64,000 nucleotides of DNA from a virus. Positions within the stretch are counted from its first letter, which is position 1. Every line of letters starts with the position of its first letter. The notes under the pieces were generated by a model that was not told the origin of the DNA, made no database searches, and saw nothing but the letters and a program-made list of their open reading frames with translations. The stretch covers positions 806-64,805 of IMG/VR virus record IMGVR_UViG_3300037310_000240. The stretch is one strand, 5' to 3'. Below, in pieces: positions 55,272-64,000 of the stretch. The position numbers and the translations under genes were made by a program.

Positions 55272-55567
55272 GGTTGAACCTCCTGTTGCGGTTGACTTCG
55301 TTTCACCAAGCCGCGCAACACCTTCGCCGCGCGGTTGGACTTGGGCAGGCTGGACTTCAGGTAGAGGCGAGCCGCGCGCCTGACCGGGTACGGCTCGCCT
55401 TTGTGCAGTGCCGGCACGAACAACCGTTGCGCATCCTTGGGCAGCTTTTCCTCGCGGATGATGTTGCCCATGCGCACGACGTAGATCAGCTTGCGACCCG
55501 CGCCGTACAGGATCACGCTGTGATTGTTGTCGGCCCTGTCGTAGTAGACCGCGCACTCGATCTTCAC
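55268..55567 (-). CDS. hypothetical protein
   Basis: GTGA overlap, SD GGAG. Confidence 0.6.
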   Translation of the reverse strand: MKIECAVYYDRADNNHSVILYGAGRKLIYVVRMGNIIREEKLPKDAQRLFVPALHKGEPYPVRRAARLYLKSSLPKSNRAAKVLRGLVKRSQPQQEVQP

Positions 55568-55872
55568 GGTTGCTTCTCCGGTCTTGCCCAGCCCATGTTG
55601 GCGGACATTTCGTAGTCGGCTGCGGCAACGCCGCGCTGTCGCGCGATGTCGTTCCAGCAGAGCCACATGCCGACTTCCTTGCGCAGGGCCGACAGGCAGT
55701 CCGGGCACCCCCACATCGTCTCGGGGTTCACATCCGGGTGAAGCGCGCACTTGCGCCACTCGTGGGCGTCCGACTTCGCCTCGGTGTACCCGCATTGCTC
55801 GCAGAGGTACACGAGCGACACGTGGGACGCCTTGCACGACGGATGATGCGGTGGGCAGGCGACGTTCATCAT
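55564..55872 (-). CDS. Cys-rich hypothetical protein
   Basis: CEQC and CPDC. Confidence 0.55.
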   Translation of the reverse strand: MMNVACPPHHPSCKASHVSLVYLCEQCGYTEAKSDAHEWRKCALHPDVNPETMWGCPDCLSALRKEVGMWLCWNDIARQRGVAAADYEMSANMGWARPEKQP

Positions 55873-56087
55873 ACGAACCTCACGTATTTTCGGGCGCTCT
55901 TGCCGAAAGCCTCGGCGGCGAGCGCGCGCCAGTCTTTGTCGTCGGGGAGCGCGGTCTTGTCGTCGCCGGCCTCGATGTTGTCCATGTCCACCACGTTGAC
56001 CACGACGAGGCCGGTGGACACTTCCTCGGCCACGCCGCCGTTCACCACCACCAGCACTTTCGCTACCTTTTGGAATTCCATCGCCAT
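55869..56087 (-). CDS. small hypothetical protein
   Basis: SD ACAGGAGG; VVVNGGVA...VVDMDN. Confidence 0.65.
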   Translation of the reverse strand: MAMEFQKVAKVLVVVNGGVAEEVSTGLVVVNVVDMDNIEAGDDKTALPDDKDWRALAAEAFGKSARKYVRFV

Positions 56088-56108
56088 GCTCGCCTCCTGT
56101 TGGGTTGA

Positions 56109-56444
56109 CTAATCACAGCTGTTGGAGCGGAAGATGCGGACGAACAACTTGTCGCCGATCATTTTTTCGCTCTCGACGCGGGTGCCGTACCCGATCGGGT
56201 GGTACTCGTCGAAGATTTCCTTTTGCCGCAGCTTCACGGCGCCGGCGTCTCCGTACAGGTCGATGTGCGTGAACGCCACGCCGCCCGAGACGTTCTCGAC
56301 CACGTTCGCGCGCAACTCCGCAATCTTGGCGAACACCTTGTAGTGCCAGCCAAGCTTCGCGTACACCACGATGCCGCTGCGGTGGTATTCGTCGCGAAAA
56401 TTGGCATGCGCGAGCGCGATCTTGCTGTTGTACCTGTCGTCCAT
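56109..56444 (-). CDS. hypothetical protein
   Basis: YHPIGYGT...RSNSCD. Confidence 0.65.
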   Translation of the reverse strand: MDDRYNSKIALAHANFRDEYHRSGIVVYAKLGWHYKVFAKIAELRANVVENVSGGVAFTHIDLYGDAGAVKLRQKEIFDEYHPIGYGTRVESEKMIGDKLFVRIFRSNSCD

Positions 56445-56454
56445 GTCGCCCCCC

Positions 56455-56622
56455 CTACTCGTTGCGGACCGGGACGCCGATGCCGGCCAGTCGCGACATC
56501 GACAGGATGTTGGTCGGGACCACCATCTTCAGGCCGTTGACCAGCAGGAACAACACGGCGTTGCCCTTCTCCGTGCCGACCGCGTACACCTTCGCTTCCA
56601 CCTTGGGTTTGTTGCTGTCCAT
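56455..56622 (-). CDS. small hypothetical protein (55 aa)
   Basis: SD GGAGG; MDSNKPKVEAKVYAVG...; below the ORF-track length cutoff. Confidence 0.5.
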   Translation of the reverse strand: MDSNKPKVEAKVYAVGTEKGNAVLFLLVNGLKMVVPTNILSMSRLAGIGVPVRNE

Positions 56623-56734
56623 TGCGTACCTCCGTCGTTGGTTGAGAAAAAATCCTGCCGGGTACTGCGCGGCCCCATGCTTCCGCGCACCCCGGAGGTA
56701 TCCCTCGGGTCGATCGGGACACCCACAGCTGTTG

Positions 56735-59014
56735 CTACATCACCCGGCGCTCACCCTGTTTCGACAACTCCCGCGCCAGCTTGCCAAGCACCTCGACGTT
56801 CATTTCCGAAAGGCTCGGCACCTCGACGCTGTTCGGGTAGGCGCCGCTGCAATCGGATTGAATGCCGAACCCGATCACCGTTACGTCCAGCTTCTCTGCC
56901 ACCTTGCACAGGTTTTCCACCGAATCGATGTCGCCCATGCCATCGGTCAGCACGAGAACGATGCGCCGTTTCTCGGGCCTCGACGCCATGTCGCGCACGA
57001 TCGAGTACAGCGCCGCGTAATCCGGCGTCCCGCCGTGCGCCGCATACCCCACCATCTTGAACGCATCGACGCGCTGGTGCATGCGCTGCTCGAAGTTTTT
57101 CACCACGAGTAGATCTGCGGGTTCTGCCATCGATACCGAAGTCGCGGCGCCCATGCCATTGAGGCCAAGCATGCCGCCAACGTACTGACGCCGGTCGTGT
57201 CCCTGCTCGGTTGTGTTCTGGAACACAGTGACCTCGACCGGGACCCGAGCGTTTTCGCAGATGCGCGCCAGTTCCAGCGCCAGTACGCCGCACACCTCGA
57301 TGCGCGTTTCTTTGTTGCTAGACCCACAGTAGCTGCCGCCGCGCGAAGTCATGGACGAGGAGCCATCGATCAGGATCGAAACGGCGGTATCAAGCCCCTC
57401 GGTTTCCCAGCGACGCTTGAACACCTGCTCGCTTCCGGCCATCGCCTTCGAGGAACGCTTTGACTCGAAGCGCCCGGAGAGGCGACCGCCATCCCAGCCG
57501 CAACGCTCGGGAGCGTGGAGCAGGCGCAACAGCTGTGCGCGCAAGGCTCCGGCCTTCTCCACTCTCGCAACATCTTCGAGAGTGCAGTACCCCAAGCTGC
57601 CGTAGCTTTCGATCGGCTTGCGAATGCACGGTAGCGCGTTTTTCAGGCCGATCTTGAGTTCGGCGCGTTTGTTGATGCGCTTCGCCGCCTTCTCGATGTT
57701 CGGCTCCACGCTGGCCTGCTGGCTGGGCATCTTGCCCCATTCGCCCTTCTCGAAGGGCGAGCCGGGAGAGTACCCGTTGCCATCGCCGTTGCCATCGCCG
57801 CTTTCGTCGCCGCTGTCCGTGGACAGCTGTTCCGATCCGGCGCTGCCTTCACCTTCGCCATCACCTTCACCTTCGCCATCACCTTCACCTTCGCCTTCAC
57901 CTTCGCCTTCACCTTCGCCTTCGCCTTCGCCTTCGCCTTCGCTTTCGCCTTCGCCTTCACCTTCGCCTTCGTCGTTGCTCGGGGCGGCGGACTTGCCAGA
58001 CTCGTCCCCTTGCTCGGACTTGAACCGACCGTGCCCGGTGTCGTATGGGTCCGCGTCACCGTCGCTGTTGTCGGATTCGGAGAGGTCGTTTTCCCAATCG
58101 TCGGCGTCGTCGCCTGCATCGCCGGGCGCATCTTCACCGCCCGGGTCGCGCTCGAAGCCTTCGTCTTGGTCGCCGAAGTCGGAGCCGCCGCTTTCCTCGC
58201 CGGCATCATCGCCTTCGCTGTCGCTGGAACCGGACTGCCCCTGTTCGTCGGAATCGCCTGCATCGCCGGGCTGCTGCGGCGCGCTGCCTTGGCCTTGGCC
58301 TTGGTCGGGCTGCGGCTGCGGTTGTTCGTTCGCCTTCAGCATGTCGTACAGCTTGCGCGCCAGTGCGATTGACTCCACGCTGCCATCACGGCCCAGCGGC
58401 AGCTTTTTCATTTCCTCGATTGCGTACTCGTAGAACGCCCGGGGTTCGGGCGCGCAGCGATCGAGAAAGTTTGCCGCCGCCGGAAGGTCGCATCCGTACA
58501 GCACCACGCGCCCGATGATCGCGAGCGAGAACGCGACGTTGCCCTTGTCGTTCGGGGTCCACTCGGGAGCGAGCCGCAGCATGTAGGACGCCAGCTGCGC
58601 GAACGCAGTGCGCGCGCCACGAGCGCGCCCGGACCTGACCACGCATGTCTCCATGCGCGCATCCTCGATGCCGTTGTAGATCGTGAACAACGCGTCGTTC
58701 ATGCCGGCGTTCGCAACCGCCTCGTTGTTCGTGTACAGGACATGCCCTGTCTCGTGCAGCGTGTACGCGGCGAACAGGTCCGCCTCTTTGCGCGTCAGGA
58801 GCGCGGTGTCCGCGATCGCCGGGTAATTGATGCGCGCCGAGACGTACTGCTTGTCGCCGCGCACTTCGTGGTCCCACAGCGCGAACGCCTTGGCGCCGCT
58901 CCATGTGCAGACCAGCGGAGCGCGGTTCCAGCTTGACATCTTCTCGGCGGACGAGAACAGCTGTTTTGCCGCCGCCCTTTCTACGCCTTGCTTGAGTACG
59001 AATGCCGGGATCAT
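56735..59014 (-). CDS. CobT-like vWA-domain protein with N-terminal HExxH and acidic linker
   Basis: HETGH..NGIEDAR; D/E/G-rich linker; MIDAS motifs DGSSSM, GGTP and LTDG. Confidence 0.85.
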   Translation of the reverse strand: MIPAFVLKQGVERAAAKQLFSSAEKMSSWNRAPLVCTWSGAKAFALWDHEVRGDKQYVSARINYPAIADTALLTRKEADLFAAYTLHETGHVLYTNNEAVANAGMNDALFTIYNGIEDARMETCVVRSGRARGARTAFAQLASYMLRLAPEWTPNDKGNVAFSLAIIGRVVLYGCDLPAAANFLDRCAPEPRAFYEYAIEEMKKLPLGRDGSVESIALARKLYDMLKANEQPQPQPDQGQGQGSAPQQPGDAGDSDEQGQSGSSDSEGDDAGEESGGSDFGDQDEGFERDPGGEDAPGDAGDDADDWENDLSESDNSDGDADPYDTGHGRFKSEQGDESGKSAAPSNDEGEGEGEGESEGEGEGEGEGEGEGEGEGEGDGEGEGDGEGEGSAGSEQLSTDSGDESGDGNGDGNGYSPGSPFEKGEWGKMPSQQASVEPNIEKAAKRINKRAELKIGLKNALPCIRKPIESYGSLGYCTLEDVARVEKAGALRAQLLRLLHAPERCGWDGGRLSGRFESKRSSKAMAGSEQVFKRRWETEGLDTAVSILIDGSSSMTSRGGSYCGSSNKETRIEVCGVLALELARICENARVPVEVTVFQNTTEQGHDRRQYVGGMLGLNGMGAATSVSMAEPADLLVVKNFEQRMHQRVDAFKMVGYAAHGGTPDYAALYSIVRDMASRPEKRRIVLVLTDGMGDIDSVENLCKVAEKLDVTVIGFGIQSDCSGAYPNSVEVPSLSEMNVEVLGKLARELSKQGERRVM
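57846..57971 (-). repeat. 6-bp tandem repeat encoding a (GE)n tract
   Basis: About 20 units of CCTTCG/CCTTCA/CCATCA on the + strand. Confidence 0.9.
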
Positions 59015-59094
59015 CTTGCCTCCTGTGGAAATTGATCGGTATCGATGCTTGTCGCTGCCCCCGCTCGCGCAGGGGCAGAAGCCAGCACCAACGT

Positions 59095-60390
59095 CTACGA
59101 CTGTTGCGCTACGCCATCGACCTTTGCGGCTTCCATCGCGGCCTGCGCTTCCTTGGCCTCGGCGGTCGCCATGTACTCGGCCAGCTTGCCCTTAGAGGCG
59201 GCGCGGTACACGCCCACATCGACGTTTTGCACGAACAGCTGTTGCATTTCCTCGCGGCTCGCGGTGTCGCACTTGTTCGCGATCGCGGCCTCGAACGCCT
59301 TGCGAGGGGCGACCCCGGCGTGGATCAGCTTCGCCCATGCCATCGCCTGACGCAGCCCGGGCGGGTCCGTGAGGGTGCCGCCGACAGCCGCGTTGCGCGC
59401 CACGTGCATGAATCTGACCACCTCGGTCGCTAGTTGTTCGTTACAGCCGGTGCGATCCTTGATGATGCCAATTTCGACTTCCTCGGGCGGGTAGTCGAAG
59501 TACATCATCACCTCGAATCGGTCTACGGTGGACGAGTCCATTTCGCGCACCACGTACTTCCCGCTCGGGTCCCCGGTGCCGTTGCTGTTGTCCGCAGCCG
59601 CGAACACAACGCCCTCGGCGCGCTTCACCACCTGCCCGGTTTCCACGATCGTCGCCTTGCCACCGCGCTCCAGAATCGGGTTCAGCGCGATGGTGTACTC
59701 GGGACGCGAACGGCAGAATTCATCGAGCAGGATGATCGCCCCGGCGCGCTGCATGCCGCGCAGGATTGCACCGTCCTGCCACACCGTGCTGCCGCCGCGC
59801 ATGCGCTCGCCCCCGAGAAACTCGTACTTCTCGGCGCTCGCGTCGAAGTTGACGCGGATGAAGGCGCGGCCCAGCCGGGCGCAGAGGTTTTTCACGAACT
59901 CCGTCTTGCCCGTTCCCTTCGGACCGCAGAGCCACATGTTGTCGCCGCCGGAAATAGCGGCCATCGCCAGTTGCAGCAGGTCTTTCTCGAACCTGTACAG
60001 CGGGTCCACCTCGGGGGCCTCGGGATCGTCCCACACGTACGCCATGATGCGGTTCCCCTCGGCGTCTTTGAGGTCGATGCCGAAAACCTCTTTGCAGGTT
60101 TTCTTCTCGATCACCTTCGGGACGAAGGCGGGTTGCGCGAATGCCGTGCTGTCGAGCAGGCCCACGGCCGGAGCGGCGATCGGCTGCTGCTCGGGCGCGG
60201 TCATGCCCGTAGGCATGGTGATGCCCACCACTTCATTGACCGCCGATTCCAGCGCCTGCGCGTTGGGATAGCTGGCCACGAGGGACACTAGGTCCCCCTT
60301 GCTCAATCGGGCGTAGTCCCCGATCTTGATGCCGAGCCTGCGGCCCACAGCCACGAGGTTCAGCTTGCTCAGCGAATTGAGATTCGCCAT
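59095..60390 (-). CDS. CobS/CbbQ/MoxR-like AAA+ ATPase
   Basis: GPKGTGKT, ILLDE, AADNSNGTG and DRF; partner of the vWA gene. Confidence 0.9.
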   Translation of the reverse strand: MANLNSLSKLNLVAVGRRLGIKIGDYARLSKGDLVSLVASYPNAQALESAVNEVVGITMPTGMTAPEQQPIAAPAVGLLDSTAFAQPAFVPKVIEKKTCKEVFGIDLKDAEGNRIMAYVWDDPEAPEVDPLYRFEKDLLQLAMAAISGGDNMWLCGPKGTGKTEFVKNLCARLGRAFIRVNFDASAEKYEFLGGERMRGGSTVWQDGAILRGMQRAGAIILLDEFCRSRPEYTIALNPILERGGKATIVETGQVVKRAEGVVFAAADNSNGTGDPSGKYVVREMDSSTVDRFEVMMYFDYPPEEVEIGIIKDRTGCNEQLATEVVRFMHVARNAAVGGTLTDPPGLRQAMAWAKLIHAGVAPRKAFEAAIANKCDTASREEMQQLFVQNVDVGVYRAASKGKLAEYMATAEAKEAQAAMEAAKVDGVAQQS

Positions 60391-60487
60391 AGGTGCCTCC
60401 TGTTGTGAAAACGAAAGGGTGATGCGAGAACACTGGCAAGCACACCGCGATGCGCTTGCCGGCGCTCTCGCGCCGGGTGCTGCTCAG

Positions 60488-61024
60488 CTAGTCGCAGATG
60501 CCGGTGCCGCAGCGAACGATCGCCACCTTGCGCGCCGCGTCATACGAGACGAGGGACGAGCCGGTTGACCAGCGCAGCGCGCCGTAGGATGAAGTCGGCG
60601 GGTCGAGCAGCGCCGCGCCAGCGGACAGCTGTTCCTGCGTCGGGTCGCCGCTGTACGGCACCTCGAACTGATCGCTGTCGCCGTAGGCATACATTTCCTT
60701 GCTGCCATCGATGTACTTGCGACCGTCCCAGTTGAAGCCGCAGGCGTCGAGGATCGCCTTGCACTGCGCCTCGTACGCAGCCCGGGCGGCGGCTTTCTTC
60801 GCCGCCTTCGCCGCGCGCTCGTACTCGGAATCCTCGAACAGCGCCGCCTTTTGGGCGATCGGCACCACGATGTTGACCATGCCGATTTCCACTGCGCAGC
60901 GATGGTGATACGTGCCCCAGCGTACGTCCGATGGCGACTTGTGCGCGATGCCCTCGCCTGCGGGAACGTAGTCTCGGCACACGCGGCACTTGCCGCCGTA
61001 CCTGTTCCACATTGCGTTTGCCAT
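60488..61024 (-). CDS. hypothetical early protein
   Basis: SD GGAGG; NRYGGKCRVC...H..C. Confidence 0.65.
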   Translation of the reverse strand: MANAMWNRYGGKCRVCRDYVPAGEGIAHKSPSDVRWGTYHHRCAVEIGMVNIVVPIAQKAALFEDSEYERAAKAAKKAAARAAYEAQCKAILDACGFNWDGRKYIDGSKEMYAYGDSDQFEVPYSGDPTQEQLSAGAALLDPPTSSYGALRWSTGSSLVSYDAARKVAIVRCGTGICD

Positions 61025-61344
61025 TGATGCCTCCGAATGATCGAACTGGAGCGCACCACGTTGATGCGCTCTAGAAAAATCACTCACACCTCCGGGGTCG
61101 GTTTAGGCGGGGAATTGCGGTCTCACTTCGCCGCTCACCACTCGCCTTGCCTTCCCCATCGCCGGGGAGTCGCGCCGCAGTAGGACAGTCACGTCGTTCG
61201 GGCGCATCGTTCGGGGGAGTCTCTTTGCCGGGGTTCCTACCGGCGACCTTGCCGTTCGACCGAGTTTTCCGAGGGGACCGTTCCGCCGTTCCCCCCACTT
61301 GCCTGCCCTGCCGAACCTCCGTGTGTGAATGTGTGACGATCGTC

Positions 61345-61400
61345 ATACTACGCTGTTGTACAGCTGTTTCACACAACTTTTTTGTAACAAATTGTAACAA
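61345..61400 (-). promoter_or_regulatory. putative leftward early promoter
   Basis: -10 TAGTAT, weak -35, ACAGCTGT in the spacer, AT-rich upstream TTGTAACAA direct repeat. Confidence 0.45.
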
Positions 61401-61458
61401 CGGAGAATTCAGGCAGAATTCAATCCCTTGCGAACGACTGTTGGGGGAGAACAAGAAC

Positions 61459-62148
61459 ATGGGCTTCGCAGAGGTGTGCAGCAGGGCGTTCCGCTCGGAC
61501 GACTTGACGCTGCTGCTCGACAAGCGATGCGACGCCGACACCCTGATCGCGCTGGGCTGGGCCAGCATGCGCTACCCGCTCGGATCAACGCTGGCGCGGC
61601 TGTACCTTGGCGATGATCGCGTGGACGTTTACGTGGCGGTGCTTCACTCGCGCCACTACTGCGACAGGATGCGGTCGCGCTGGGACTTGCCCAAGGGCGC
61701 TCGATGGTGGGACCGCTTCGCCGAGGCCGGGGTCGCGCATTGGCTCGACCCGGTGTGCCGCTCGTGCAAGGGGCGCAAGTTCGAGTCGCATGAGGGAACG
61801 CCGCACTTGCTCGCGCGCGTCTGCGCCGCCTGTCGTGGCAAGGGGCGCAGGCGATACCCTGTGATCGGCGGCGAGCGCATCGACGAGCATGATCGCTGGA
61901 ACGATCGCTTCGGCGAATTGCTCACACACCTCGACACACAGGTAGAAACAGCATTGAATGCGGCGCGCAGGCTGTTGACAGCAAAGGGGTATTCGCCTAG
62001 TCTCTCGGGAAACAAGAACAACAAGATGCCCGACGCCGCGCTCAACTACGCAGGGCATCGTTTTCCCCAAAATTCGCACTCGGGCGCGGTGGCGGCACCA
62101 CCGCTCGATAGGCCCTTGGTATCCGCTTCTATCAAACCCTCCTCCTGA
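61459..62148 (+). CDS. antitermination protein Q-like Zn-finger regulator
   Basis: CRSCKG...CAACRGKG; lies before the late genes with a strong promoter at its 3' end. Confidence 0.6.
   Translation: MGFAEVCSRAFRSDDLTLLLDKRCDADTLIALGWASMRYPLGSTLARLYLGDDRVDVYVAVLHSRHYCDRMRSRWDLPKGARWWDRFAEAGVAHWLDPVCRSCKGRKFESHEGTPHLLARVCAACRGKGRRRYPVIGGERIDEHDRWNDRFGELLTHLDTQVETALNAARRLLTAKGYSPSLSGNKNNKMPDAALNYAGHRFPQNSHSGAVAAPPLDRPLVSASIKPSS
61975..62003 (+). promoter_or_regulatory. putative late promoter (pR'-like)
   Basis: TTGACA-17 bp-TAGTCT. Confidence 0.65.
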
Positions 62149-62307
62149 CGGGGCGGACTTGGGCTGCCCGGCGGCTACGGTCGCCGGGTCTACATCGCAC
62201 AGCGCGACGAGGGGGCGCGGGGTGCATTCACAGTCACACGGACAGCTGGCCGCACAGCTGTTCAGGCCACAGCTGTAACGACAGAAGCGTTACGTGGGGG
62301 AGGGAGC

Positions 62308-62685
62308 ATGAGCGAACCGCAAGCACAGCCGGCGCCAAAGCGCCCGGCGCCGAAGATCACCGCCGACACCCTGCAGCAGGGCGCGGTCCACAAGGCGTTC
62401 CCGCCTGCGAGGTTCGCGCTGAAGCGCGCCGGCAGCATCGCAGGTGGCTTGTACGCCATCGACGCCCACGGCCGCCTCTGCGCCGCCGAGTGGGGCGAGA
62501 ACAGCGCCGCCGAGGTGTGGGCCTTTCGCCGTGTGCTGCGCGACTTCCTGACCAAGGCGATCGAGGACGAAGAGCAGCGCATCAAGGTCGCGGCGGAGGA
62601 TGCTGGCAAGGCGATTGCAAAGGCTTCGGAGGCGGCAAAGCTGGAGGCACCGGAGGGAGCCGGAGTGAATGTCACAACCTCTTGA
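62308..62685 (+). CDS. hypothetical protein
   Basis: SD GGAGG; 125 aa. Confidence 0.6.
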   Translation: MSEPQAQPAPKRPAPKITADTLQQGAVHKAFPPARFALKRAGSIAGGLYAIDAHGRLCAAEWGENSAAEVWAFRRVLRDFLTKAIEDEEQRIKVAAEDAGKAIAKASEAAKLEAPEGAGVNVTTS

Positions 62686-63142
62686 AATCGTTAAGGAATT
62701 CCCGCCGTTCTACGATTGGGTCGGCGTCAAGATGGGCGTCACTCCACCGTACGGCGTGATCTTCACCTACGGCGAGCGCATCTACAATCCGCACGGCGTG
62801 GAGGTTCACCCGGCGCTGATGGCGCACGAGCGCGTCCACAGCCGGCGGCAGCTTGCCACCGACGGAGGCCCGGATGCGTGGTGGGAACGCTACCTGATCG
62901 ACGATGCGTACCGCTTCGACGAGGAAGCGGTCGCCCACCGTGCGGAGTACCTCGCCTTCTGCTCGCGGGAGCATGACCCAAAGCGCCGGGCGCAGGCGCT
63001 GAGCGTGATCGCAGGCAGGCTGGCCTCGCCGCTGTACGGCCGCATCGCCACGCCTCACCGGGCGCGCCGCGCCGTACTCGGACTGCCAGACGAGGCACCG
63101 CGTAACGCGCCCAGCGTTACACCGGAGGTGCTGCATGGCTGA
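62669..63142 (+). CDS. HExxH metallopeptidase-like protein
   Basis: AHERVHSRRQ...YRFDEEAVAH. Confidence 0.6.
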   Translation: MSQPLEIVKEFPPFYDWVGVKMGVTPPYGVIFTYGERIYNPHGVEVHPALMAHERVHSRRQLATDGGPDAWWERYLIDDAYRFDEEAVAHRAEYLAFCSREHDPKRRAQALSVIAGRLASPLYGRIATPHRARRAVLGLPDEAPRNAPSVTPEVLHG

Positions 63143-63971
63143 CGCAGCGAGAACAGCTGTGCCCAAGAAGCCGAAGCGGGTCGAGGCGCCCGAGGAACGC
63201 GCCGCGCGATGGAAGCGGAAGGAAATCGAAGCTCGCGACAACCTCGTCGCCCTGAAGCGCGCCTACGCCGAGGCGCAGCGCATCATCGCCGCAGAGCGGC
63301 TACAGCGCCGCATGTTCCGCATCACCCAGCATGCCGAGTGGCTGAAGGCCGGAAAGCCCGCCGACATCAGCGACGAAACGCTGTACAGCATCTTCGCCCT
63401 TCATGGGGACGGAGAGGCTTTGGCCGAAGCGGTGGAAGCCCACGGGATCACGTTCGGGATGTTCTGGTGGGTGTTGCATGGGGAGAGGGCGGGGACGGAA
63501 GAGGGTAAAAAAAGGCTGGCCGCCCTCGCGCGCGCTCGTGAAGCGTACGCTCACTCTTGCGTCTCGCGGCTGGAGACAGTTGTCGAGGCCGAACCCGACC
63601 CAGCGAAGGCCAAAGTCCTGTCCGATGTCCTGCGGTTCATGGCCGCGAAGGCGCTGCCGGCGATCTACGGCGAGCGCGCCGAGGCCGCGAATCCGGGGCG
63701 AATCACCCTGCAATTCAACCTCGCACCCACAGCTGTTGAGAAAGTCGTGGGTAGCGGCGATGCAAGCCCTTCATCCGACAAGCAAATCGGACACGCAGCA
63801 GCGGATTCAGTATCCGCTGCTCTAGCGAAGAGCCGCATGGGAGGCCGATTGCCCCCGGCTGAGAGCGAATTGGCCGGACCGATCGACCCTGACCGGACCG
63901 AACAACCGGCCTCGACCACCCCCACCCCACCCCCCGGCTTGGACCCGGGTGGCGACCCCCGGGGGCCTTGA
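63135..63971 (+). CDS. terminase small subunit-like protein
   Basis: HTH-like region then ARARE...AKVLSDVLRFMAAK..P..YGER; first part of the late operon; SD GGAGG. Confidence 0.65.
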   Translation: MADAARTAVPKKPKRVEAPEERAARWKRKEIEARDNLVALKRAYAEAQRIIAAERLQRRMFRITQHAEWLKAGKPADISDETLYSIFALHGDGEALAEAVEAHGITFGMFWWVLHGERAGTEEGKKRLAALARAREAYAHSCVSRLETVVEAEPDPAKAKVLSDVLRFMAAKALPAIYGERAEAANPGRITLQFNLAPTAVEKVVGSGDASPSSDKQIGHAAADSVSAALAKSRMGGRLPPAESELAGPIDPDRTEQPASTTPTPPPGLDPGGDPRGP

Positions 63972-64000
63972 GCCTCGCCCCCTCCCCCCCCCTCGCCCCA

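Noticed and set aside
56735-60390. Cobalamin biosynthesis auxiliary genes
   Set aside because: No CobN or other cob genes; the AAA+/vWA similarity is family-level only
45615-60405. Repeated ACAGGAGG as a regulator-binding site
   Set aside because: Always 5-9 nt before start codons, so adequately explained as a strong Shine-Dalgarno sequence
62254-62276. LexA SOS box formed by adjacent ACAGCTGT sites
   Set aside because: Spacing is CTGT-N7-ACAG rather than N8, and most copies are isolated

Overview
A near-complete, roughly 64-kb GC-rich dsDNA tailed phage genome with podovirus-like architecture. An Rz/Rz1 spanin pair points to a Gram-negative host, and a tyrosine integrase suggests it is temperate. 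The + strand from 1 to 40.6 kb is the late operon: TerL, portal, a Ser/Ala-rich fibre next to a Maf/DUF115-methyltransferase fusion, scaffold, capsid, adaptors/nozzle, tail proteins, a tailoring-enzyme island, lysis genes, ejection proteins and a ~3460-aa polyvalent protein. The - strand from 40.7 to 48.7 kb holds an accessory/recombination block with a Ro60/TROVE gene preceded by three tandem Y-RNA-like ncRNAs (one with a permuted tRNA-like module), then integrase, HNH, SSB, Sak and YqaJ. The + strand from 48.8 to 53.8 kb carries replication genes. The - strand from 53.8 to 61 kb carries early genes (methyltransferase, vWA plus AAA+). The + strand from 61.4 to 64 kb carries a Q-like regulator, a late promoter and a TerS-like gene. 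The most striking signals are (1) the Y-RNA array plus Ro operon, (2) at least 40 copies of the palindrome ACAGCTGT spread across the genome, and (3) a giant protein built as cassettes bounded by a recurring S-x-hydrophobic-R motif, with small genes apparently overprinted in the +1 frame of its linkers. All calls come from reading motifs by eye; no database searches were run.
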